From positions 95,493-159,492 of the forward strand of contig JAABRR010000006.1 of NCBI GenBank assembly GCA_011390785.1: DNA of 64,000 nt, read 5' to 3'. The stretch's first letter is position 1, and the number at the start of each line of letters is the position of its first letter. Shown here one piece after another: positions 1 through 8,267 of the stretch. The notes beneath the pieces are model-generated. The model searched no databases, was not told the DNA's origin, and saw nothing but the letters and a program-made list of their open reading frames with translations. The stretch comes from Sphingobacteriia bacterium (GTDB lineage: Bacteria; Bacteroidota; Bacteroidia; Bacteroidales; UBA7960). The position numbers and the translations under genes are program-made.

Positions 1-1899
1 CATGGAAAAGTCAGCTGCTGAAAGCGTTGATGACTGATCGGGATTAAGATTTACCACCAAAGCTATACTATCGCCCAGCCCCATCGTTTCTGCCACCAAT
101 GCTTTGAAGGGTGATTCTGAAAGGGGTACAGGATCAGAAAATTCATAATAACTGAGATTACATCCCCCTGATTCAATACTTATTTTAATGGCATTTTCGC
201 CGGCATTTAGAATCATATCGGGTACAGTGTAGGTTTGCCAGGTTTGCCATCCACCCGTTGAAGGCATGTTAAACGGTGCAATAACATCCTGATCATTTAC
301 TTTCACTCTGAGAGTGGTTGATCTTGTACTGGCATATCTTACAGCAAAGCTATAGCCAGCAGATTCGGATACTTCCACCGTGTATTGCATCCATTCGCCG
401 GGGGCAGTCCATCCTACATTAAAGCCATTAGAAGGCTCACCATCGCTTATTGCTTCAATATCCACACCATCATTCCGATAGCCCCATCCGGTATTCCATG
501 CAGTGTAGTTGCCAGATGATACATGGGTATTTTGGTAGGCTTCATCCTGGTAGGCTACGCCATTTTGCCCCATATCGAAGTCGGTGGCAAAAATCAATCC
601 TGGCAGGGTATGTTGTGCATAGGGTATGGCAGTTGCTTCGGTGGGTTGCCTAAGCAGGGCATCGGCCACAGGATAATTGATGATGCAATGCTCCAGCTTT
701 AATCGTTCGGTTAATTCCATCAATACTTCTGTGGCAAATTCAGCGGTGGGTTGAGTGCCGCCATTCTCCCAGTAATTCTTCAGGGTTTGGTAGCCGGCAG
801 GTGGCTCAACAGAGGCAATTCCTGAAAAAGAGCCAAACTTTTTCCACGACCACCATGCCCAGCCAATGCCATTCTCTTCAAAAAGCCTTACTGCATCGGT
901 GTACCAGTGGTTGGAGTTTTCGCCCGACTCACCGCACCAAATAGGCACATTATGGGTGTTGCGCAGATTGATCATCCATTGTATGGAACCGGGATCGTTG
1001 GAAGACCAGTATTTATGAAAGCTGTAAACCAGCTTGTCATCCCATGGCGGGGTAAGTCCGTTATGATTGTTGCCCCAGCAGTTACCATTGATAAAAATGA
1101 TATGGTTGGTATCGACTTCACGAATTGCTGTTGTAATGCGTTCATAAAGATCCCGCATTGGAGCATTGGTGGTTTCGTCGCAGCCATTCTGGTTGCTACC
1201 GGTAAAATTCCAGTTGGGTTCATTGATAAGGTCATAGCCACCTATCCAGGGTTCATCGGCATATCTCTGAGCAAGTTGCTGCCAGAGGGCCACCAGTTTA
1301 TCCTTGTTTAGTTCGCTTTCCCATAATGATGGTTTTGATGGGTCATAATCAGAAATGGCAGCATCTCTGCCCTGCCCACCGGGAGTGGCATGCATATCGA
1401 GTATCAGGTATATTTCGGCCTCGGTACACCAGGCCAAAAGGGTATCTACCATGGCAAAGCCTTTGTCAAGCCATGTATTTTCACCTTCAACAGGTTCATC
1501 TTCAATAGGCAGGGTAAACAGATTGTAATGCAAAGGGAGCCGTATGCTGTTGAAACCCATTTCTACCAACAGATCAAAATCTGCCCTTGTAAAATGGTTT
1601 TCAAGCCATTTCTCGTAGAAAAGATCGGTTTGTTCAGGGCCTATTAATTCTTCAATCTTCGCCCTTATCTGATGCTGTGGGTTGGCAAAAGCCTGCATTT
1701 GCAGCATGTATCCCTCCTGGAGCATCCATCCGCCAGGTGAGTGTCCCCGTAAAATTACTTCATTTCCTTCGCTGTCTACAATTCGCTTTCCATCAACGGT
1801 TAAGAATCCCTGGGCGGAGAGATTAATCTGAAAAAAAATGACTAAAAGAAAAGCAGGTAAAAGTAAAGTAAATTTATTTTTAAGCGACAGCATAGCCAT
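1..1899 (-). CDS. Glycoside hydrolase family 5 (cellulase-type) with C-terminal CBM6-like module; C-terminus runs off the left window edge (absent from ORF track)
   Basis: Manual reverse-complement translation from the ATG at 1899 gives an uninterrupted 633-codon frame down to position 1. It shows a signal peptide (MAMLSLKNKFTLLLPAFLLVIFFQINLSAQ), a GH5 acid/base context (GGYDLINEPN) and a nucleophile context (IWCGESGEN). A CBM6-like segment follows (GWTAPGEWMQYTVEVSESAGYSFAVRYAS...GGWQTWQTY). All other frames here carry only short ORFs (<135 aa). Confidence 0.85.
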   Translation of the reverse strand, partial: MAMLSLKNKFTLLLPAFLLVIFFQINLSAQGFLTVDGKRIVDSEGNEVILRGHSPGGWMLQEGYMLQMQAFANPQHQIRAKIEELIGPEQTDLFYEKWLENHFTRADFDLLVEMGFNSIRLPLHYNLFTLPIEDEPVEGENTWLDKGFAMVDTLLAWCTEAEIYLILDMHATPGGQGRDAAISDYDPSKPSLWESELNKDKLVALWQQLAQRYADEPWIGGYDLINEPNWNFTGSNQNGCDETTNAPMRDLYERITTAIREVDTNHIIFINGNCWGNNHNGLTPPWDDKLVYSFHKYWSSNDPGSIQWMINLRNTHNVPIWCGESGENSNHWYTDAVRLFEENGIGWAWWSWKKFGSFSGIASVEPPAGYQTLKNYWENGGTQPTAEFATEVLMELTERLKLEHCIINYPVADALLRQPTEATAIPYAQHTLPGLIFATDFDMGQNGVAYQDEAYQNTHVSSGNYTAWNTGWGYRNDGVDIEAISDGEPSNGFNVGWTAPGEWMQYTVEVSESAGYSFAVRYASTRSTTLRVKVNDQDVIAPFNMPSTGGWQTWQTYTVPDMILNAGENAIKISIESGGCNLSYYEFSDPVPLSESPFKALVAETMGLGDSIALVVNLNPDQSSTLSAADFSM

Positions 1900-2122
1900 A
1901 AAACTTTAATGGATTTATATTAAAATAATGCTAACTATTTCAAAAAAGTGTAAATTTAATTCTGATAAAAGATAGTGTTGTAACTACACTTTGTTGCAAA
2001 GATAGCATATTTTAACTCTATTACATGTTAAATATGCCAATAGAAAAATATCCATAAAAAACAAAATATTATTCTGTAAATTTCTGATTATAAACATACT
2101 AACCTAATCCACAATCTGTAAT

Positions 2123-4354
2123 ATGAAAAAAATCTCTGACAGAAAACAAACCACCGGAAAAGGGAGGCAAATAGCTTTTAAAATTATCAGTATCTTTCTA
2201 CCGATGGTTCTCCTATTATGTGTTGAGTTGATACTTAGGATTGCAGACTATGGCGAAAACTTCAGGGTATTTACCCAGGTTCCGGAAGAAGCTTATGAGC
2301 AATACCTGAGAGTTAATCCTGAAATAGGGAAAAAGTATTTCATGAAATTTGGACACACAACCCCACCCAACGATATTTTCCTGAAAGAGAAACCGGAAAA
2401 CACTTTCAGGGTATTTGTTATGGGCAGCTCTGTAGTATATGGTTTTCCGTATGATCGTAACCTTATGTTTTCACGGATACTTCATCAACAGCTTGAAGAT
2501 GCCTATCCTTCGAAAAACATGGAAGTGGTCAACACTTCGGTAACTGCTGTAAATACTTATACTTTGCGCGACTTTACCGGCGAAATACTGAAACAGGACC
2601 CTGATGCCATTCTAATCTACGAAGGGCACAATGAGTTTTATGGTGCCCTGGGAAGTGGCTCCAGTGAAGGGGTTGGCAATAGTTCATTCGTAATACGGTT
2701 ACATCTGCGGATGATGCACCTGAAGATCTATCAGATGTTACAAAATGCCATTTCGGGGTTAGGATCGGCCCTTGCAAGCCGTAACGATTCTTCTGACCAA
2801 CCTGAAACCCTTATGAAAAGAATGGTAGAAGACAATGCCATTGCTTATGGTAGCGATCAGTATAATCGTACCATGGCTACATTTGAAAAGAATCTGGCGT
2901 ACATGATAGCCAGTGCCCGGAACAAAAATGTGCCAGTCTTTTTGTCTGAGCTGGTAAGTAATGTGGGCGGAATGGAGCCTTTTATATCCATTGATGAAGT
3001 TGACCAGCCCCGTGCAGACAAAATATTTACACAGGCTCAACAGGCAGAGATAGACGGACAATTTGACAAGGCCAGGGAGTTGTATTACAAAGCCAAAGAC
3101 CTGGATGGGCTGCGCTTCAGAGCCAGTGAACAGGCCAATCGTATCGTCAGAGAACTGGCAGAGATTGAAGGAGTCTTTCTGGTTCCTATGCAAGGTGTTT
3201 TTGAAGCTGGTGCATCCAACAAAATAATTGGCAATACCCTTATGACAGAGCATGTGCACCCCAACGTAGAGGGCATTTTCCTAATGGCCAACACTTTTTT
3301 CGAATCACTCACCAGATCAGGAATAACAGATGAAAATGCACTGAATACCAAGCCCATCGAATATTACCGAAAAAACTGGGGTTATACAAGGCTCGATACT
3401 CTGCTGGCCCACCACAGGATCCAATCGTTAATGAGTCAGTGGCCCTTTGTTAGTGAAGGAGAAAACGCAGGAAGTTATATTGAAACCTTTCGTTCTCAAA
3501 GCTTTTCAGATTCCATAACCTTTGCCGTGATGCGACGGGCAGATCTTTCGCTTGCCGAAGCGCGACTGGATATGGCTAAAAAACTCCAGGAAGCAGGCAG
3601 GATCGAATCAGCCTATTATGAATATGAAGCCCTTATCCGTACCAATCCCTACCGTGCATCCAATTACCGCGATGCTGCACAGTGCCTTACCTTACTGGGC
3701 GACCTGCCCCTTGCAAAAAAATACTTTCAAAAATCGCTTCAATACGAAGATTCGTGGTTTGCACATTTCAGGCTTGGAGAGATCTGTTTAATGATGGGAG
3801 ATGTAGAAAGGGCAACTGAATATCTTGACAAAGCCAATGTGCAGGCTCCCGCTGGCTACAAAGCCAATGTGCTGGGTAAACTGCTAATTGCTCTGGTTTA
3901 TGATGAGAACCAGGCAAGAGCAGCCGTGGTAGCTGATGAGCTGCAGAAAATGAATGCACGTCAGTTTTTGAGGGTTCCGGGTAAGATCTATGCTTTCAAC
4001 AACTACATACCCTTTCAGACCAAAGCAGAAGTGGAGCAGGCTATTGGTTTGCTTTCCAATAATGAGCCCCGGGAAGCAATCAGCGTGCTTGAGCCATCAT
4101 TACTTGAATATGACTCGCATATGGCAAGAAAACTATTGGCAGATGCCTACATGCAGGTATCTGATTATTCAAAAGCCAGCCATTACTTCAACAGCGTGCA
4201 TGAACTATTCAGGTTTGATGCTGAATTTTTATATTCCTTTACTTCTGCTGAACTGAGAAATGAAAATAAACCTGCTGCTGCCAGGATATGGCAGCAATTA
4301 CAAAATGTTGATCCTGAATATCCTGACAAGGAAAACCTTTCGGAACAGCTTTAA
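2123..4354 (+). CDS. Membrane-anchored SGNH/GDSL-like hydrolase domain fused to TPR repeats (function unknown)
   Basis: 743-aa ORF with an N-terminal TM helix (IAFKIISIFLPMVLLLCVELIL). SGNH-like blocks are FRVFVMGSSVVYG (block I Ser), YEGHNEF (block III) and TEHVHPN (block V His). The C-terminal half has TPR-like repeats (AYYEYEALIRTNPY, AKKYFQKSLQYE, ATEYLDKA). Family assignment is by motif only. Confidence 0.6.
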   Translation: MKKISDRKQTTGKGRQIAFKIISIFLPMVLLLCVELILRIADYGENFRVFTQVPEEAYEQYLRVNPEIGKKYFMKFGHTTPPNDIFLKEKPENTFRVFVMGSSVVYGFPYDRNLMFSRILHQQLEDAYPSKNMEVVNTSVTAVNTYTLRDFTGEILKQDPDAILIYEGHNEFYGALGSGSSEGVGNSSFVIRLHLRMMHLKIYQMLQNAISGLGSALASRNDSSDQPETLMKRMVEDNAIAYGSDQYNRTMATFEKNLAYMIASARNKNVPVFLSELVSNVGGMEPFISIDEVDQPRADKIFTQAQQAEIDGQFDKARELYYKAKDLDGLRFRASEQANRIVRELAEIEGVFLVPMQGVFEAGASNKIIGNTLMTEHVHPNVEGIFLMANTFFESLTRSGITDENALNTKPIEYYRKNWGYTRLDTLLAHHRIQSLMSQWPFVSEGENAGSYIETFRSQSFSDSITFAVMRRADLSLAEARLDMAKKLQEAGRIESAYYEYEALIRTNPYRASNYRDAAQCLTLLGDLPLAKKYFQKSLQYEDSWFAHFRLGEICLMMGDVERATEYLDKANVQAPAGYKANVLGKLLIALVYDENQARAAVVADELQKMNARQFLRVPGKIYAFNNYIPFQTKAEVEQAIGLLSNNEPREAISVLEPSLLEYDSHMARKLLADAYMQVSDYSKASHYFNSVHELFRFDAEFLYSFTSAELRNENKPAAARIWQQLQNVDPEYPDKENLSEQL

Positions 4355-4376
4355 CATCAGAATGAATCATATTGCC

Positions 4377-4416
4377 ATAAAAAAAAGGAGATTCGATAAA
4401 TCGAATCTCCTTTTCC
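4377..4416. terminator. Bidirectional rho-independent terminator between convergent genes
   Basis: Perfect 10-bp stem GGAGATTCGA (4387-4396) / TCGAATCTCC (4401-4410) with a 4-nt loop. It is flanked by an A-run on the left and a T-run on the right. Confidence 0.75.
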
Positions 4417-4436
4417 AACCTATAATCAACCAAAAC

Positions 4437-6482
4437 CTATCGCTTAACTACTTTGCGAACAAGTCTTTCACCTTTTTCACTTTCGAAAACCATAAAATAC
4501 ACACCAGGTGTAAGGTCAGAAGTGTCGATAACCATAACACCTTCAATATTGGCACTCATCAACGACTGGCCAACAATATTTGTGATACTTACAGAAGAGA
4601 AACCTTCGCTGTTATCAATATGAATATTATTGTTGAAAGGATTCGGATAAACACGAAGTTTACTTGCTTCCTGAAGAGGTACATTGGTAGCATCAATAAA
4701 TTCAACAGTTATTTCCATATCATCATCAACCATTGTAGTGTAGGTTAAATCAGTATGACCTTCAATAACTACTCCATCCCTTTTCCATTCTTTTACACTG
4801 TATGCTCCTTCTGGTGCAGCTGTGAAAACAATTTGCTCCTGGTAGATAACATCATCACCTGAGTTTACAGCTTCATCATTAACTGTAGCAGTTAAAGTAC
4901 CTTCACCAGCAGCTACAGAATAGGTTACACCAAACATGGCATAAGTATCATCAGGATAAGCTAATGCAAGATCAGATTCCTTAATAAGAAGAATACTATC
5001 AATCATAACCATACCTGTTTCTGCAGAAAGACCAAAGAGGAACTTTTCGAAAGTATCGTCAAGGATTTGATCAAAAGTTACATCCACAACAAAACGTTGC
5101 GGTTCAGTAGTAAGAGGGAAAGTCCATTCTGATCTACCTCCCGGACCACCATCAGTATAATCTGAATTGGAAAAACCATAGCGGGTATAACGGTCTCCAG
5201 TTGGATCTTCAAAATTAGCCTTGATGTTTCTAGCTCCATTGGGTGCCCATGCAGTAAAGCTGAATTCGTAAGGAACATTCATTTCGGTAGATCTCCAAAC
5301 AGGTTCCTGGGCAGTTTGGAATCTCCAGGCAACTATATTTTCTCCATCCATCCCTACAGATGTAACATCATTAGCATAAACTCCATCAACAAGAGTACGT
5401 GTCCCTGTGCCATCAATCCAACCGCCCCAGCCAACAGCTTCTGTTCCATTTACTTCGTTTAGTAATCCATTTCTGAAATGGTTAAAATCCCAACGGGTAG
5501 GCATTTGGTTGGTGAGAGTTACGATTACTTCCTTTTCAACGAAAGAACCATCAGTAGCAGAAACCCTTATAGTAACTTCGCCATCAGCTATACCTCTAAC
5601 TCTACCTGTATTGGAAACTGTAGCCATACCTGTTTGACCTGGCTTATTGATAACTTCCCAACGCAGCACTTGATTAGTAGCATCTTCAGGAATTACTTCA
5701 GCTTCCAAATGAAGGGTACCTTTGTTTTTGGAAATAGTACCTCCATCAGGAGTAACAATAATATCGTCAATATATGTACCTGGTTCTGCTCCGTCGAAAG
5801 TAATAAGGCCAGCATCATCCAAAACACTCCATGACTCATCAATAGCACCTTCATTGGCCCAAACGGCACGGTTACGGCCATCTACTCCACTACCTTCCAC
5901 ATCATTATCAACAACAGTAATATCGAAACCCAATTCACTGGTCTTGTCAAAAGCAATTCCGTCTTTGTCAACAAGGTATGTCCATGGAACAAAAAATTCA
6001 GCGGTATAAGCATTGCCATTGAGTTTATAAGTCCAAACAATACCATTGTCCCAAGTTATTGGTGTGCCATCAAGGCTTTCCATATCTGCATGATTAGGAG
6101 CTACCTGGTAGTGTCCGGGATCATCTGAAGCACCACCTCCATCTTCTTTCAGGAAATTGGCATCGAAATATACTTCTAATTTGTCGTATTGCCAATCAAC
6201 ATCGCCAGATACCCAAACATCATCATTAACAACAACCAAAATATAAATTCCTGTGGGATCCCAAAGGGCTTTCCAGTAGGTTTCGCCAGAGGCTCCAAGG
6301 GTAGGGGTTTCTGCCTGGAACGGCTTATCAATATTTTGCTGATCGATAGCGTCCCACATTTCGTCGATCTCACCATCAATTGCTGCTGGTGCTTCTGCCC
6401 TCATAATCACCGCTCTGGGCTTTTCAGCCATCAGTCCGGTTGTAAAGGCCAGGATCATTAATAAAGTAAAAATTTTTTTCAT
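4437..6482 (-). CDS. Secreted non-catalytic multi-module carbohydrate-binding protein with T9SS C-terminal sorting domain
   Basis: 681-aa ORF with signal peptide MKKIFTLLMILAFTTGLMA. Modules in order: CBM9/DOMON-like (AIDGEIDEMWDAI...LEVYFDAN), Big_2-type Ig domain (VIPEDATNQVLRWEV...GEVTIRVSATDGS), a CBM4_9-like region and an InlB-B-repeat-like module (YSVKEWKRDGVVIEG). It ends in a T9SS CTD (LRVYPNPFNNNIHI...ERLVRKVVKR). No catalytic motif was recognised. Confidence 0.7.
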   Translation of the reverse strand: MKKIFTLLMILAFTTGLMAEKPRAVIMRAEAPAAIDGEIDEMWDAIDQQNIDKPFQAETPTLGASGETYWKALWDPTGIYILVVVNDDVWVSGDVDWQYDKLEVYFDANFLKEDGGGASDDPGHYQVAPNHADMESLDGTPITWDNGIVWTYKLNGNAYTAEFFVPWTYLVDKDGIAFDKTSELGFDITVVDNDVEGSGVDGRNRAVWANEGAIDESWSVLDDAGLITFDGAEPGTYIDDIIVTPDGGTISKNKGTLHLEAEVIPEDATNQVLRWEVINKPGQTGMATVSNTGRVRGIADGEVTIRVSATDGSFVEKEVIVTLTNQMPTRWDFNHFRNGLLNEVNGTEAVGWGGWIDGTGTRTLVDGVYANDVTSVGMDGENIVAWRFQTAQEPVWRSTEMNVPYEFSFTAWAPNGARNIKANFEDPTGDRYTRYGFSNSDYTDGGPGGRSEWTFPLTTEPQRFVVDVTFDQILDDTFEKFLFGLSAETGMVMIDSILLIKESDLALAYPDDTYAMFGVTYSVAAGEGTLTATVNDEAVNSGDDVIYQEQIVFTAAPEGAYSVKEWKRDGVVIEGHTDLTYTTMVDDDMEITVEFIDATNVPLQEASKLRVYPNPFNNNIHIDNSEGFSSVSITNIVGQSLMSANIEGVMVIDTSDLTPGVYFMVFESEKGERLVRKVVKR

Positions 6483-6548
6483 AATGGTAACTGTTTAGTT
6501 TGATTAGAAATAGATTTGATTAAAAGATTGTGTAAAAAATACACTAAG

Positions 6549-6556
6549 CAAATTTA
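6549..6556 (-). promoter_or_regulatory. Candidate Bacteroidota -7 promoter box (TAaaTTTG on minus strand) for the T9SS CBM gene
   Basis: Plus-strand CAAATTTA at 6549-6556 reads as TAAATTTG on the minus strand, matching the TAnnTTTG consensus. It lies about 67 nt upstream of the ATG at 6482, inside a 213-bp spacer after the SusD gene. Confidence 0.3.
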
Positions 6557-6695
6557 TAAAAAAAGTAACTCAAAAATTAAATAAAACAATTTTTTATTTA
6601 ATATTTTTTTAATACACGAACAAAGTCATTGGCTGTCATCAGCAAAATGCCTGAGAATGCCCAAAGCAAAATAAAAAACCAGTAAACAAAACCAA

Positions 6696-8258
6696 TTAAT
6701 ACGGTAAATACCAATTATTTTGATCCAGTAGTTTATTTCTTACAGTATTGAAATGAGCAGTGCCTTCAAATTTGGCTGCAACCTTATCGGCCAGATAAGC
6801 AGGATCGCCTCTTCTATTGGCAACACGTACCAAATCATTCCACCGTTTTCCTTCAAACGCCAGTTCCATGGCTCTTTCGGCAAGAATAAGATCTTCAATA
6901 AATTCGATGCGCTCCAAACCGGTTAGTTCTTCAGGTACTTCACGTGCTTTAAGCGATACCCTGCCCCGTACACCCAGGTTGGTTGACCATCTGGTAAACC
7001 CGGTAGGTTTGGGGTTAATACTGTTTATACCTGCATTAAGCAGCAATAAGGCAAGCTCTTCCGAATCGGGATCACCCATGCGGTTGTAGGCTTCAGCAAG
7101 CAGCAGGTGAAGATCTGTTGCCCTGGAATAGATAATATCGCTACTTTTCGGATCGTTCTGATCAACGGCATATTTGGTAATATACGGTTCTGTTAAAACC
7201 ATTGTAGTGTCATTTACTGCAACCAGGGTACCGTTAAAGGTTACTCCAAAACCTCTCCATAGATCGCCAGGATCATTGCCGATGGTTCGTTGCTGACTCA
7301 TAAAAGAATCTACCAACATCTGACTCGGTTTAACCATATAATCAAGATCGAAACCCATCCAGTTTGCCAGCGGGTTGTTCTGTTGATTGCGCGAGGAATA
7401 AGGAATTACCCCAATATTCTCAGGAAATTGAGAATCTGAATTGAGGAATATGGTGCTCCAGGCATTGTCTTTGTATGTATTGTCAACCTTATAAACCCTG
7501 GGTTGATTCAGGTAACTTTCGCATGCCAGCTTCAGGTACAAGGCTGCATTGGCATAATCATTTTTTTCAAGATACAACTCACCAAGTAATGCCTTGTTAT
7601 TGATGTAATAATCTACTCTTATTTCAACATAACTGGTAGTTTCCGAATTATGGATATAGGGTGTAACCTGGTTAATGATTGTATCTATGATAGCATCAGA
7701 GGAAAGAACCGGCAGATCAACACCGTCAGCCAAGGATGTAAGACTTCCTTCAATATAGGTAACTTCTCCGTACAACCTGGCCAGATTCAGATATACCCAA
7801 CCCCTCATGCCGATAAGTGCACCTACTATCTGGGGCTTAAATACGATTTCATCAAAATCAGGATCCTCAATTTTATTGAGGTTTTCCAATACATCATTTA
7901 TATTAATGATCACTTTATAAAGATCAGCTGGATCGGTAAAAGCATTTCCGGTTGCGAAATCATGATGATTGATGCTTACAAGCAAAGGATCAGCATTATA
8001 GGTAACATCCATAATATCTGAACGTAAACCGTCGAGCAAAATTAAATGTGGCAGCTTATCCTGCAGCGTTATAACAGCACCCCCTATGGCATTTTGCAGA
8101 TCTTCAATACTATTATAGTGCTGATCGGGGGTTATAAGATCCGCATTTTGAGTATCAAGTAAATCATCAGTGCATCCATGCCATGTAAACATCGTAACAA
8201 CAAGGAACAGGGAAAGCAAAACACCTGGAAATTGGAATTTCTTTTTCATTATAAGCAT
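6696..8258 (-). CDS. susD: SusD/RagB-family outer-membrane lipoprotein
   Basis: 520-aa ORF with a lipoprotein signal carrying Cys (TMFTWHGCTDD) and the RagB/SusD C-terminal signature (LAERAMELAFEGKRWNDLVR). It lies 9 nt downstream of a SusC-type gene. The likely true start is MKKKF at 8249. Confidence 0.85.
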   Translation of the reverse strand: MLIMKKKFQFPGVLLSLFLVVTMFTWHGCTDDLLDTQNADLITPDQHYNSIEDLQNAIGGAVITLQDKLPHLILLDGLRSDIMDVTYNADPLLVSINHHDFATGNAFTDPADLYKVIININDVLENLNKIEDPDFDEIVFKPQIVGALIGMRGWVYLNLARLYGEVTYIEGSLTSLADGVDLPVLSSDAIIDTIINQVTPYIHNSETTSYVEIRVDYYINNKALLGELYLEKNDYANAALYLKLACESYLNQPRVYKVDNTYKDNAWSTIFLNSDSQFPENIGVIPYSSRNQQNNPLANWMGFDLDYMVKPSQMLVDSFMSQQRTIGNDPGDLWRGFGVTFNGTLVAVNDTTMVLTEPYITKYAVDQNDPKSSDIIYSRATDLHLLLAEAYNRMGDPDSEELALLLLNAGINSINPKPTGFTRWSTNLGVRGRVSLKAREVPEELTGLERIEFIEDLILAERAMELAFEGKRWNDLVRVANRRGDPAYLADKVAAKFEGTAHFNTVRNKLLDQNNWYLPY

Positions 8259-8267
8259 TATTTACGA

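Noticed and set aside
907-1647. Several 60-134-aa ORFs on both strands (907-1311, 972-1241, 1326-1508, 1390-1647)
   Set aside because: All lie inside, and out of frame with or antisense to, the uninterrupted 633-codon GH5-CBM6 frame on the minus strand.
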